64,000 nucleotides of DNA from an uncultured Gammaproteobacteria bacterium (GTDB lineage Bacteria > Pseudomonadota > Gammaproteobacteria > CAWCPV01): positions 1 to 64,000 of the forward strand of contig CAWCPV010000011.1 of NCBI GenBank assembly GCA_963797555.1, read 5' to 3'. The notes beneath the pieces are model-generated. The model did no database searches and was not told the DNA's origin. It saw only the letters and a list, made by a program, of their open reading frames with translations. Position numbers and translations under genes: made by a program. Below, one piece after another: positions 33,556 to 43,880 of this stretch (positions within the stretch are counted from its first letter, which is position 1; the number at the start of each line of letters is the position of its first letter).

Positions 33556-35400
33556 ATGCCACGTAAGGCCACAACCTACGCAGTCTGGCTTGGTCGCCTG
33601 GCGCCGTTTACCCGCTGGTGGCCCCTGGTCAATAAGGAGACCATGCGCCGCGATGTCCTCGCCGGCCTGACCGGCGCCATCGTAGTGCTGCCACAGGGGG
33701 TGGCGTTCGCTACCATCGCGGGGATGCCCCCCGAGTATGGTCTCTATGCCGGCATGGTGCCGGCTGTCATCGCCGCGTTGTTCGGGTCGTCCTGGCATCT
33801 GGTGTCGGGACCAACGACAGCGGCGTCCATCGTGCTGTTCTCGGCCCTCAGCGTCTATGCGGAGCCGGGGACCGCGCACTATGTACAGCTTGCTCTCACC
33901 CTGACGCTTATGGTCGGGTTCATCGAACTCACGATGGGTTTGGCTCGCCTCGGCACGCTCGTGAATTTCATCTCCCACTCGGTGGTGATCGGCTTCACCG
34001 CGGGCGCCGCTATCCTCATCGCCTCGAACCAGCTCAAGCACTTCTTCGGTATCGAGATCCCGCGCGGCGGGCATCTGCACCACACGCTGCACGCGTTTGC
34101 CACCCAGGCGGACCAGATCAATCCCTACGTGACGGCGATAGGCATGGTGACGCTGCTTTCGGGCGTCGCCATCAAACGCTACTTTCCGCGGGTGCCGTAC
34201 ATGATCGTGGCGCTCCTGGCGGCGAGCTTCGTGTCCGTTGCGCTGAACGCCTTCCTAGGGCTGCAGCAGACCGGAATCCAGACCGTGGGCGCCTTGCCGG
34301 CCAGGCTGCCACCCCTCTCCGCGCCGGATCTCTCGTTCCATACCATCCGCATGCTGGCACCCGCGGCCTTGGCTGTGACCCTGTTCGCTCTGACCGAGGC
34401 CGTGTCGATCGCCCGAGCTCTGGCAGTGCGCGCCGGGCAGCACATCGACGGCAACCAGGAGTTCATCGGCCAGGGTCTGTCGAACATGTTCGGCAGTTTC
34501 TTCTCAGCCTATGTTGCCACCGGTTCCTTCAACCGCAGCGGCCTGAACTACGATGCGGGCGCCCGGACGCCGCTGGCCGCGGTGTTTGCGGGGGTGATGC
34601 TGATGGGCATTGTGCTGCTGGTGGCGCCGTTAGCGGCCTATCTGCCGAATGCAGCCATGGCCGGCGTGCTGTTCCTGGTGGCGTGGGGCCTCATCGACTT
34701 CCACCACATTCGCCAGATTATCCGCACCAGCCGTTCGGACACCGCCATCCTGGCTACGACCTTCTTCGCTACGCTGTTCCTGGAGCTGCAGTTCGCGATT
34801 CTGTTTGGAGTGATCCTGTCACTGGTCCTGTATCTCAACCGCACTTCGCGCCCCCAGATCTACGTCCGGGTTCCCGATCCCGATGATGTGGACCGCAAGT
34901 TCACCACTAATCCCGCACTGCCGGAGTGCCCCCAACTGCGTATCATCCGCGTCGACGGCTCCCTGTTCTTCGGCGCTGTGAGCCATGTGGAGGAGACATT
35001 GCGGACATTCGAGGAGGAGGACCCGGGCCAGAAGCACTTGGCGATCGTGGCCTCGGGCATCAACTTCATCGACGTGGCCGGGGCCGAGTTCCTTGCGCTG
35101 GAGGCCCGGAGGCGCCGCGCGCAGGGCGGCGGTCTCTACCTCATACGGGCGAAGCCAGGGGTGCTGGCCCCGCTGAAACGTGGGGGCTACTTGGAGGACA
35201 TCGGCGAGGAGAACGTCTTCTCGGGCAAGACGCATGCCCTTGCCAACATCTTCGAGCGGCTGGACAAGGAACAGTGTGCGTATTGCACGCGGCGCATCTT
35301 CCGAGAGTGCCAGACCCTGCCGCCGCCCAAGGGAGGCACGGGACAGTGGACACCAGCCAGGAAGGCTGCCGGTGTTCCCGCCTCGGTGGAAGCCGCGTGA
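33556..35400 (+). CDS. SulP/SLC26 anion transporter with STAS domain
   Basis: DVLAGLTGAIVVLPQGVAFA, SGPTT, GSFNRS, DGSLFFGA, INFIDVAG. Confidence 0.95.
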   Translation: MPRKATTYAVWLGRLAPFTRWWPLVNKETMRRDVLAGLTGAIVVLPQGVAFATIAGMPPEYGLYAGMVPAVIAALFGSSWHLVSGPTTAASIVLFSALSVYAEPGTAHYVQLALTLTLMVGFIELTMGLARLGTLVNFISHSVVIGFTAGAAILIASNQLKHFFGIEIPRGGHLHHTLHAFATQADQINPYVTAIGMVTLLSGVAIKRYFPRVPYMIVALLAASFVSVALNAFLGLQQTGIQTVGALPARLPPLSAPDLSFHTIRMLAPAALAVTLFALTEAVSIARALAVRAGQHIDGNQEFIGQGLSNMFGSFFSAYVATGSFNRSGLNYDAGARTPLAAVFAGVMLMGIVLLVAPLAAYLPNAAMAGVLFLVAWGLIDFHHIRQIIRTSRSDTAILATTFFATLFLELQFAILFGVILSLVLYLNRTSRPQIYVRVPDPDDVDRKFTTNPALPECPQLRIIRVDGSLFFGAVSHVEETLRTFEEEDPGQKHLAIVASGINFIDVAGAEFLALEARRRRAQGGGLYLIRAKPGVLAPLKRGGYLEDIGEENVFSGKTHALANIFERLDKEQCAYCTRRIFRECQTLPPPKGGTGQWTPARKAAGVPASVEAA

Positions 35401-35582
35401 GGAGGCCGCGGCTCGGTTGACGCCATCGCCCGGTCGGGGGAGCCCGTCCACGGTGGGTGGAGCGCCCTTCGCCACCTCGGTCCCCCGGTGGCCGGTTGCG
35501 TTACCGGGCGCGAGCGCCGATTCTGTTGCTCGGGCGGTGGTGCCAGGCTATGGCATGGCCCAACCAGCGCATATCCCCCACA

Positions 35583-36623
35583 CTACTGCGGGCCTTCGGT
35601 GGCCCCCGTCCGCCGAGCAAGCTCTTCGTCCACGATTTGGGCAAAGCGGGCGAAGGGCTGCGCACCCATCAAAGGGATGCCGTTGATGAAGAAGCCGGGG
35701 GTACCCGATACCCCGGCTTGCTCGCCCTCCTTGAGATCCTCCTGCACCGTGGCCTGGTATTTGTGGCTCGTTAGGCACTGCTCGAAACGCGGCACGTCGA
35801 GCGCCAGCTGTCTCGCGTAGCCGACGAGACTCGCGTCATCGAGCTTCGACTGGTGCTCGAACAGGATGTCGTGATATTGCCAGAATCGTCCCTGCTCGGC
35901 CGCGCAGCGGCTCGCCTCCGCCGCAGCCTCCGCCCCCGAGTGGATCGACGTCAGCGGGAAGTCTCTGTACGCGAGGCGGATCTTGCGGTCGTATTTCTTC
36001 AGCAGCTCGTGCAGCACGGGCAGCGCCCGCTTACAGAACGGGCACTGGTAGTCGGAGAACTCGACGATGGTAACGGGCGCGTCGCTATCGCCCAGAACCC
36101 GTGCGGGGTCGAAGCCGACCGCCACGCGTGGAGGCACGAGCATGACCCGCACGTCGGCCTTCCCCCGCAGACTTTGTAGATACGCGGCACGCACCCGCGC
36201 CACCTTGACCTTCTTCAGGAGTTCCCGAAGCTGCGCCTTGATCTCCTCCAGTGGGCGCTCGATCTTGGCTTTCTGAGCCTGGTAAAAGCTCTCGACCTCG
36301 CTGTCGGTCGGCTCGGGCACCTTGGAGAACACCTCCTGTTGCAGCAAGTCCTCGACTGAGATGGCTTTCGCCTTCGCTGCCTTGTCAAGCAGGCGCTGGT
36401 CAATCGCCTGCTCGATCGCATCGTTCTTGATCTGGTATTCCTGGGTACGCAACTGCTGCAGCTTCGAGCGGATCAAGGGCAGGATATCCTGCTCGGTAAT
36501 CGGATGGCCATCGACGCTCGCGAGCGGCTCTTCGGCCTCCGCCGGCCCTACGGCGTGCGCGCTGTGTCCCGTACTACCCAGCAGGAGAGCTAACGACAGC
36601 AAGGCCAATAGTCTCAGGCGCAT
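35583..36623 (-). CDS. DsbA-family thiol-disulfide oxidoreductase with N-terminal SurA-like helical region
   Basis: Signal peptide; IVEFSDYQCPFC, RDFPL, GVSGTPGFFING. Confidence 0.9.
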   Translation of the reverse strand: MRLRLLALLSLALLLGSTGHSAHAVGPAEAEEPLASVDGHPITEQDILPLIRSKLQQLRTQEYQIKNDAIEQAIDQRLLDKAAKAKAISVEDLLQQEVFSKVPEPTDSEVESFYQAQKAKIERPLEEIKAQLRELLKKVKVARVRAAYLQSLRGKADVRVMLVPPRVAVGFDPARVLGDSDAPVTIVEFSDYQCPFCKRALPVLHELLKKYDRKIRLAYRDFPLTSIHSGAEAAAEASRCAAEQGRFWQYHDILFEHQSKLDDASLVGYARQLALDVPRFEQCLTSHKYQATVQEDLKEGEQAGVSGTPGFFINGIPLMGAQPFARFAQIVDEELARRTGATEGPQ

Positions 36624-37383
36624 GGTTGCTCCTCGGTTGGCGTCCAACGTTGCCGCAGGCCGCCTGGTGCCCCAACGAATCAAAAGGTTAGCATGCGGTT
36701 GGATGACTTCTCAATGAGCCGTGGTGGCAGGCGAAGCGGGCTAGACCGTGGGGTGGGGCAGGCGCTGGCTGATGAGCGCGGGTAGAGCTGGCGCCTGGTT
36801 GCATGGATCCATGATCGATGAGGAAGTCCCAGAGAGAGATGTGGAATGCCGCGCCAGGCGGTACACAAGCATGTCCCGCTGCCGACGGCACCCCCTCCCT
36901 GCGCCGCAGAAGCTAAGCACCTCTAATGGGTCTCATCGAGCGCTGAGCGAATTCTACGCGGCCCACGGGGATATTGCGCGCTGCGGGGTACCCCACCAGA
37001 GGCGCACCCACTAGGTTGGACCTGATCGGCCAAGTCTTGATCGATTCGAAGGAGCAGAGTCAAACAAAAACGCGTGGAACACTGGAGTCGTCTCCCTCTG
37101 TCTCGCCCGACAAAGGAAATGACCCCCTCCGCGGCGGCTTCCTCAAGCTCCTTGACGGGTCTCATCCCCGTCCCTAGGCGAGCGCAACCGAAATCCGGCC
37201 GGAACCCCTGTAGTCACGTCAATGCAACCCCAACCCCAACCCCAAAACTCAACACCTGGACTCATCGACGGAGTTTGACGGGACCGTGGAGGCTGGCCGG
37301 ACGGTGTTGCCGCAGCGGGACCGGGACAATATGCTCGCTAAACACCACCCGCGCGGTGGCATCTCAGCGTAGAGTTCCCAAAC

Positions 37384-37716
37384 ATGCCAAGACTCCGGAA
37401 GATCGCGTTCTCTCTGCTCCTGTCGTCCGTCGCCATGTCCGCATTCGCTCAGTACGGCAACCCGGAGTACTGGTCGGCGGGCCCTATCCATTATGGCCCG
37501 TGCTGGCGCCAGCCATACTACGGCTATCCTTACCCGTGCGGCCAGGGAGCGCCCTGCACCTCGGGGGCACCTGCCGGGTCCCGAACGCAGGGCCGTGCCC
37601 CGAACCCGGCACAACCCTACGCCCAGCCAGGCCCAGTCTACCCGGGGTTGTCGGCAGCCCCGGGGCAAGTGTGGGGAGGCCGTTACTTCGGAGCGTTCCC
37701 CTATGGGTACCAATAG
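37384..37716 (+). CDS. Secreted Gly/Pro/Tyr-rich protein, possibly sulfur-globule-protein-like
   Basis: Signal peptide ending SAFA; mature part rich in YG, PY and GP. Confidence 0.6.
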   Translation: MPRLRKIAFSLLLSSVAMSAFAQYGNPEYWSAGPIHYGPCWRQPYYGYPYPCGQGAPCTSGAPAGSRTQGRAPNPAQPYAQPGPVYPGLSAAPGQVWGGRYFGAFPYGYQ

Positions 37717-37834
37717 ACCATGCGGGGAGGGGGATAGCTGTACAGCATGGTGCAAAGGCCGCGGCAAGCTCCTCCGGTTGGGGGCGACGGGTGGGTATGC
37801 CTCTCTCAAGAAACAGAACTGTAGGCAGCCGTTT

Positions 37835-38879
37835 TCATGCGGCTGCTCCTATCGGGTTGATTTGGAAGCCCAGCGCAGTGGCGCGGCGCTTAAGGGCGGC
37901 GATACTGCGTTCGCGCTGCTGCTCGTAGCGCTGCTGGCCCTGATCGACGAAGGTCTCGCCGCGGGTGAGCATGAAGTACACCATGCGCGCGAGCTTGTGT
38001 GCGCTTTCGAACCGCTCCAAGTCGGTGCCGATCTCGCTCCAGATCTTCATCACCGAGTCCAGCCCCAAGCCGTTGATGCGCGTGAGGTCGGCACCCGCCC
38101 AGTTGGCGAGGTGCTGGCGCACGTCGAACTGCGCTCGCGCCCTGCTACCGGCTCGCGGCGCTTTACCCAAATCGACGCTGACGGCTCGGCGAGCAGCGCT
38201 TGCAGCTTGAGATCGCACTCTCGAAGATGCTGCGCGATGTCCTCATACATCCCCAGCGCCTGCTTGAGCACGAACAGGTGCTCCTCGCGCCAGTTGCCCG
38301 TCAGCGCTCGCGCGATGTCTTGCTCGCTGGCCCGGATGCGCCGGCTGACGGTGCCGCGCCAGCACCCGCGCATCGCGCTGGCCGGACACAATGTCGCCGA
38401 TGATCGCCTGGCCCGTCACGTCGCTGATGACCTCGGTGAGCTGGATGTTCATCTGCACTAGCGCCTTTTGCATGCGCTGCACCCAACTGGCCTGCTCGGT
38501 GAGCCGCGGGTCGCAACGCTGCGCGCAGCAGCCCATGGCTCACGAGCTTTTGCAGCCACTGGCAGTCCTGCACGTCGCTCTTGCGCCCCGGCACGTACTT
38601 CACCTGCCGCGCATCAACCCGCCACACCTTCAAGCCGCGGCTCTCCAACACCTCGTACACCGGGACCCAGTACCCCCCAGTGGACTCCAGCGCCACCCCA
38701 TCGACCCCGCAGGCGAGTAGCCAGTCGGCCAGGGCGTTGAGGTCATCGGTCATCGTAGCGACTTCGCGCACCGGGGCATCGCTGCTATGCGCAGGCACTG
38801 CCACCCAGTGACTCGATGCCCCTACCTCCACCGCCGCCGCGTTGGGAAAAACCTCCTCTTCTCGCTTGCGCATCGCCAT
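37835..38879 (-). pseudogene. IS110-family recombinase with frameshifts and internal deletions
   Basis: VALESTGGYW, VPGRKSDVQDCQWL, RMQKALVQMNIQL, HKLARMVYFMLTRG. Confidence 0.9.
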
Positions 38880-39075
38880 GGCCTGCTCCACTATCGTTGA
38901 GGAACGGCCTCGATCTCTCAAACGGGATGCGGCTCGCGCCGCTCACCCATGTCACCGACGATTCCCGGACCATGCTCAGAGACGAGCTCGCACCAAGGCG
39001 TCGGCTAACGCCGCGGGCTCGCACCCATGACGTGTCGGTCATCTCGGCGCTGCCGCTCACCTTGTACCTCATCGG
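38880..39075 (-). ncRNA. Candidate IS110 bridge-RNA-encoding non-coding end
   Basis: ~195-bp non-coding segment directly upstream of the IS110 gene; call rests on position only. Confidence 0.35.
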
Positions 39076-39124
39076 CGCTTCTTCCAGAACACCTGGCCCG
39101 CGCGCGGGATTGGGTTGCTCAGAG

Positions 39125-39425
39125 CTGACTTGAAGATACCGTGGCTCAGGCAGCAGCGTGAGCCGGCTGTTGTTGCGGCGTCACGCGATAGCCGAGGCTC
39201 TGCAGGCGCCTGACCAAGCGGTTCACAGTGACGTTCCGGGCGGCATCGGTCGAGTTTAGTGCGCCCCGATCTCACGGTAAGGCTCATGGCGTTGCACGAG
39301 GTGATAGCCGATCACGAGGATCGAATGCGCGACGGCCAGAATTGCCCGTTTCTTGCCGCGGTGCGGGCCGCCAGGCGATGATACTGCGCCGACAGATAGT
39401 TGTTCTTGGTGCGGGCGGCTGCCAT
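39125..39425 (-). mobile_element. Second IS110-family C-terminal fragment plus right end
   Basis: AARTKNNYLSAQYHRLAAR / GKKRAILAVAHSILVIGYHL. Confidence 0.75.
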
Positions 39426-39560
39426 TACGGGTACAAGAACCACCTGCCTGCCCACACGCGGGTGCGCAGGTACGAGGTGACCGATCCCACCGTGCACGAC
39501 AGTCCGGTGTTTGAGCCGCTGCTCGACCGCGCCAACACCAACACCAACACCGAGGTCTGA
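39420..39560 (+). mobile_element. IS5-family transposase fragment
   Basis: HYGYKNH...VRRYEVTDPTVHDSPVFEPLLD. Confidence 0.65.
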
Positions 39561-39601
39561 GCCGAGCTGCCTGCCGTTCCAAGGAAACCGAACGGCTGCT
39601 A

Positions 39602-39667
39602 GGGTCTCGTCGCTACGCTCCGCGCGCCTTGCTCTCGGGCCTCTCGCGACGACTTGTGCGCAAACTC
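39602..39667. mobile_element. Half MITE copy, reverse orientation
   Basis: GTCTCGTCGCTACGCTCCGCGCGCCTTGCTCTCGGGCC...CGCGACGAC matches the reverse complement of the MITE left half. Confidence 0.65.
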
Positions 39668-39752
39668 TGACCTTCTCGAGAGCCCCGGCGCGCTCGCGCA
39701 AGCAAGGGTCGAAGCGCCCCAGGATACAAGCTTTGCCCGCACGGCGATCGCA

Positions 39753-41051
39753 TCACAGGCCTCCACTCCGCTGTTCGCAGTACAGGTGCTGCCGCGTCCA
39801 TGGTATTCGGTTGTTCGACTGACGGGTAAAAACAATCTGGAAGAGCTGCAGGTCCCCTACCGTAAAAGCCGTCTGTGAGCCTGCCAGGTAGAGCCGCCAT
39901 GCCCGTACGAATGGCTCGCTGAACATCTGCCGTACGGTGTCGATCGCCGACTCATAGCGCCGCAACCAGTGCTCCAGGGTCTGGGCATAGTGGAGGCGCA
40001 GGTTCTCCACGTCGAGAACTGAGAGCCCCTGGGGCTCGAACAGCTTCGACATCTCCGACAGGCTCGGCGGATGTGCGCCGGGAAAGATGCGTTTCTCGAT
40101 CCAGGCATTCATCTTGCCTGGGCTGTTGCGACCGATCGTATGGATCAAACCGTAGCCCTCCGCCTTCAGGCTGCGGTCGATCACCTCGCCTAAGCGGCGG
40201 TAGTTATCCACACCAACGTGCTCGAGCATGCCTACCGATGCGAAAGCGTCGAATTCGCCCCGGATCTCGCGGTAGTCACCCTCGATGTATTCTACGCGGT
40301 CCTCCAAGCCCTCCTTGCGCGCCTGCCCGTGGGCGAAGCTTATCTGCTCCGTGGAGATGTTGTACGCTTTGACCGTCACACCATAGTGCTTGACCAAATG
40401 TAGGGCGAGCGATCCCCAACCACAGCCGGCTTCGACCACGCGATCGCCCGGCTTGAGAAGCAGCTTGCGCGCGACGTGGTCCATCTTGGCGATCTGCGCC
40501 TGCTCCAACGTCGCGGACGACGTTGGGAAATAGGCACAGGTATAGAGCATGCGCTCATCGAGCCACAGCCGGTAGAAGTCGTTACCGATGTCGTAATGAT
40601 GGTGGATATTGTCCCGCGACCCCAAGAGCGTATTACGCCTACGCCGGTGAGTCGTGGCTTGCAGCTTCCGCTCGAAGCCGTCTCCGGCCGCGGACATCGC
40701 CCGCGAGACGGCCTCGAGAAACCCCACCAGGGGCCCCTCGACCTCGATGCGGCCGGCGCTGTACAGCTCACCGAACTGAAGATCGGGGTGGGCGACCAGC
40801 CTCCACAGTGCCCCGCGATCTCGGATCAGAACGCGGGTCACCGGCGCCTTAGGGTGTTCGGGAACGGCCTGCCCATCCCACAGCATCAGCTGCACGGGTG
40901 GGTGCCCCAGGGTGGCCAACATCCTGCTCAGCAGCCAACGCTCCGCGGGATAGACATGGCCGGTGCTGGGGGAACCGCCCGCCGCCTGGCCCGGACTCCC
41001 ATCCCTCTCCGACGCGGAGACGCTCCAGACTTCGGTCTCGTTCCCGCTCAT
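39753..41051 (-). CDS. Cyclopropane-fatty-acyl-phospholipid synthase family methyltransferase
   Basis: NIHHHYDIGNDFY, YTCAYF, EAGCGWG, SVGMLEHVG, IFPG, HYAQTL. Confidence 0.92.
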   Translation of the reverse strand: MSGNETEVWSVSASERDGSPGQAAGGSPSTGHVYPAERWLLSRMLATLGHPPVQLMLWDGQAVPEHPKAPVTRVLIRDRGALWRLVAHPDLQFGELYSAGRIEVEGPLVGFLEAVSRAMSAAGDGFERKLQATTHRRRRNTLLGSRDNIHHHYDIGNDFYRLWLDERMLYTCAYFPTSSATLEQAQIAKMDHVARKLLLKPGDRVVEAGCGWGSLALHLVKHYGVTVKAYNISTEQISFAHGQARKEGLEDRVEYIEGDYREIRGEFDAFASVGMLEHVGVDNYRRLGEVIDRSLKAEGYGLIHTIGRNSPGKMNAWIEKRIFPGAHPPSLSEMSKLFEPQGLSVLDVENLRLHYAQTLEHWLRRYESAIDTVRQMFSEPFVRAWRLYLAGSQTAFTVGDLQLFQIVFTRQSNNRIPWTRQHLYCEQRSGGL

Positions 41052-41339
41052 GACTTCACCCAATACACTTGTAAAGAATTTCGGGAGTTAGCTGACCGGA
41101 CGATGGTGGCCGGTCAAGCAGTCCCCCCCCGGCACACACACCGTTGGCGTCGCAAACGACTCCGCTACCCTCGGCGCCAAGTCGCACGACAAATTGGAAT
41201 TTATATACCCTTTGTACTGATCCGGCGCCTGCGTGCACAATAAGTGCACAGCGCGTCCGACCGCCGCCTCGACACGGCGACCTTATTCTGCCACAGCCCC
41301 CTGCGACCGTCGATACTGCACCGCTGAGCTAGACTTGCT

Positions 41340-41725
41340 TGTTCTCCCGCCATAGGCATGGTCCTTCTCACGCGAGCCGCTTCGTCCGCCAGCTTCGAGT
41401 TCATCGGCTCGACCGCCAACGGTTTTCCGCAGAGAGGTTCGCCTGTGGTCTCGGTGGATACAAGAAAGAAGCGCGAGGTGGAGCGCTTAATGCCCAATCC
41501 TTCTTCATCTTCCTCAAGCAGCTCGAGCGCCTCAGCACAGGAACCGGCCCGCGCCTGGCGGTCATAGCAACACTCGGACAGTCCAAGAGCTTGCCTTTCG
41601 TTCGGAGATCGATGCGGGTATTGATGAGACAGGGGGGGAAGTCGCGGACGCAGGTACGAAAACCTTGGCCGTTACGCGGTGTGACTTTCACGGCGAGTGG
41701 AACTACAGCCTGTCTTCCCATCCCG
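41340..41725 (+). mobile_element. ISAzo13-family transposase relic
   Basis: FEFIGSTANGF...PVVSVDTRKKRE and DFHGEWNYSL, with most of the gene deleted between them. Confidence 0.65.
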
Positions 41726-41926
41726 CATCTCGCCACTTGAGATGTGCATGGGGTGCTGCATAGGGTCCTTAGAGGCGTCAAGGGCGTGACAAGGCTCGTA
41801 TGGAAGTTTATTGTGTCGTGCAGCGATGTTTTCGTCCACGCAGCGGTCGGCCGGTATTGTGATCCCGCGTGAACGTTGTGCCAAGCGAACGACTGTGCCG
41901 GCAGGCGAACCGGGGAGCCCCGCCGC

Positions 41927-42376
41927 CTAGGGCTGAGGCCACTCTGGGACACCGCACTCGGGACACTGCAGCTGAAGTATCCAGATCCACTGTAGCATTC
42001 TGCGGTGGTCCGGCCCGTTTGGCCAGGGCCCTTCCAATCGGGGCTGGAGCGCGTTGTAGCTGTCCAGAAGGAGTATCGCCGGCGTGTTCTGGGTCAGGCG
42101 CCTCAGGACCGCTCGGTTCTGGTCGATGAGCAACGGGAACGGCGGCGCCTTCCCCTTCGGCGGAGTGGGACTGACGGCCAGAACCGCGACGCCAGCGTCA
42201 ACGTACTCCTCCCAGTGCCGGGCGACATCCAGCAGGGCGGCGTCATCGCCTCCTTCACAGCAGATTAGCAGAACGGGCTGGCGATGCTTATAGTCCCAGA
42301 GCGAGACCCTCCGGCCTTGTAGATCTGCTAGGGTGAAGCTCGGAACGACTGAGCATGGTGCGGGTAGGTGTATCAT
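41927..42376 (-). CDS. Redoxin/AhpC-TSA-like protein with C-terminal CPEC
   Basis: PSFTLADLQGRRVSLWDYK, VLAVS, PFPLLID, LQCPECGVPEW. Confidence 0.7.
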   Translation of the reverse strand: MIHLPAPCSVVPSFTLADLQGRRVSLWDYKHRQPVLLICCEGGDDAALLDVARHWEEYVDAGVAVLAVSPTPPKGKAPPFPLLIDQNRAVLRRLTQNTPAILLLDSYNALQPRLEGPWPNGPDHRRMLQWIWILQLQCPECGVPEWPQP

Positions 42377-42559
42377 ACGGCCCATTTTAGGCAACCTGCC
42401 GGTTGCGGCTCGAAGGTTCCAACAGGGGGTGTTGGGCCAGAATCCACGGCGTGCCGACGAGGTCCGGGGGGTCCGCCACCAGTCTCCATGAACGAAGCGA
42501 GGCTCCCTCTCAGCCTGCAGTATGGGCGCTGTGGCGAGCCTTTACGCAGGAGCGACAGC

Positions 42560-43501
42560 ATGCGTTTGGCCTCGTCGATAGTCGTGTTAGCGCTGGTGCT
42601 GATCTGCGCGCCGTGCGGTGGTGCGGATGAACGCTCCCGTGATGATGGCCGCTCCGGGGCGTTGACTTCCTCCGTTGCCGGCCCTGTTGAGACCCCGGCG
42701 GTTGCCGAGCTGGCGGCGCCACTGAATCCCCAGCATCTCCACCTGATCTCGGAGGTGGCACTGGTCGCCGACCAGCACACGGGAAGGGTTCTCTACGCCA
42801 AGAATGCCGATGTCCAGACGCCCATCGCCTCCATCACCAAGCTCATGACAGCCATGGTGATTCTGGATGCGGGCCTTCCCATGGAGCGCCGCATCCAGGT
42901 CAGCGCCGATGACGTGGACCACCTCCGTAACAGCGGCTCCCGACTGCGGGTGGGCTCCGTACTCAGTCGACGAGAGCTTCTCCAGTTGGCGTTGATGTCC
43001 TCCGAGAACCGAGCGGCGGCTGCGCTGGCTCGGACCTATCCCGGAGGGACGGCCGCCTTCGTCCCCGCCATGAACCGCAAGGCCAAGGATCTGGGGATGC
43101 GCAACACCGTCTTCGTGGATCCCACCGGGCTCTACAGCGGGAACATGTCCGTTGCGGAGGACCTTGTCAAGATGGTGAAGGCGGCTTTCCGTTATCCCCC
43201 CATCCAGCGGATAACCACCACGCCCCGTTACCTGCTCATGCTCCCCAGGTTTCGCCGCCCGCTGGAATACCGGAACACCAACGCCCTGGTCCGCGATGGG
43301 ACTTGGGACATCGGTCTCAGCAAGACCGGCTACATCAGTGAGTCAGGGCATTGCTTGGTGATGCAGGCGACCGTCGCCGGGCGGGAGGTGGTGATCGTGC
43401 TGCTCAACGCCCAAGGCAGACTGTCGCGCTTTGGCGACGCCAACCGCATCCGCCGCTGGATCGAGGCCGGCGCGACCGGGCGGCATTCGGCACGCGGGTG
43501 A
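42560..43501 (+). CDS. pbpG: D-alanyl-D-alanine endopeptidase (PBP7)
   Basis: ASITKLMTAMV (SxxK), SSEN, KTGYI, RFGDANRIRRW. Confidence 0.88.
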   Translation: MRLASSIVVLALVLICAPCGGADERSRDDGRSGALTSSVAGPVETPAVAELAAPLNPQHLHLISEVALVADQHTGRVLYAKNADVQTPIASITKLMTAMVILDAGLPMERRIQVSADDVDHLRNSGSRLRVGSVLSRRELLQLALMSSENRAAAALARTYPGGTAAFVPAMNRKAKDLGMRNTVFVDPTGLYSGNMSVAEDLVKMVKAAFRYPPIQRITTTPRYLLMLPRFRRPLEYRNTNALVRDGTWDIGLSKTGYISESGHCLVMQATVAGREVVIVLLNAQGRLSRFGDANRIRRWIEAGATGRHSARG

Positions 43502-43549
43502 GGCATGGTCGCGCCTGAAACCTTCCCCGCGGCGGACAGACGCCAAGGA

Positions 43550-43819
43550 CTAGGATGCCCCCGGGGCGTGTGGGCCGCGCTTCGGTTCGCACGGCTTCTG
43601 TAAGTAACAGGTGAGCAGCGAAGAGGAGGCCGTCAGCGCCCAGAACAAGAAGAAACCCAGGGAATAGGCTTCGAGGCGCGTCACCTGGGGAGAGAGCCCG
43701 TCCCCCAGGATCTCCGCCGGGTCGAATGCGGTGAAGAAGAGGATAGTGGCGATGCCGGCGGTGATGAAGGACGGCCAGAGCACGGCGATGACCTGCTGCA
43801 CTTTGGGGATAGATGACAT
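43550..43819 (-). CDS. Small membrane protein of the cco cluster
   Basis: VLWPSFITAG...FDP...YSLGFFLFW; lies directly downstream of ccoG. Confidence 0.7.
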   Translation of the reverse strand: MSSIPKVQQVIAVLWPSFITAGIATILFFTAFDPAEILGDGLSPQVTRLEAYSLGFFLFWALTASSSLLTCYLQKPCEPKRGPHAPGAS

Positions 43820-43880
43820 GTGGGTTAAATTCTCCCGGGTTGAGTTGCGTCTTTCGGCGTGGCTGCCCCCGCCCGCAGCG

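Noticed and set aside
36690-37270. Possible ncRNA or gene in this intergenic region (includes a CAACCC x3 repeat)
   Set aside because: No recognisable family or convincing structure
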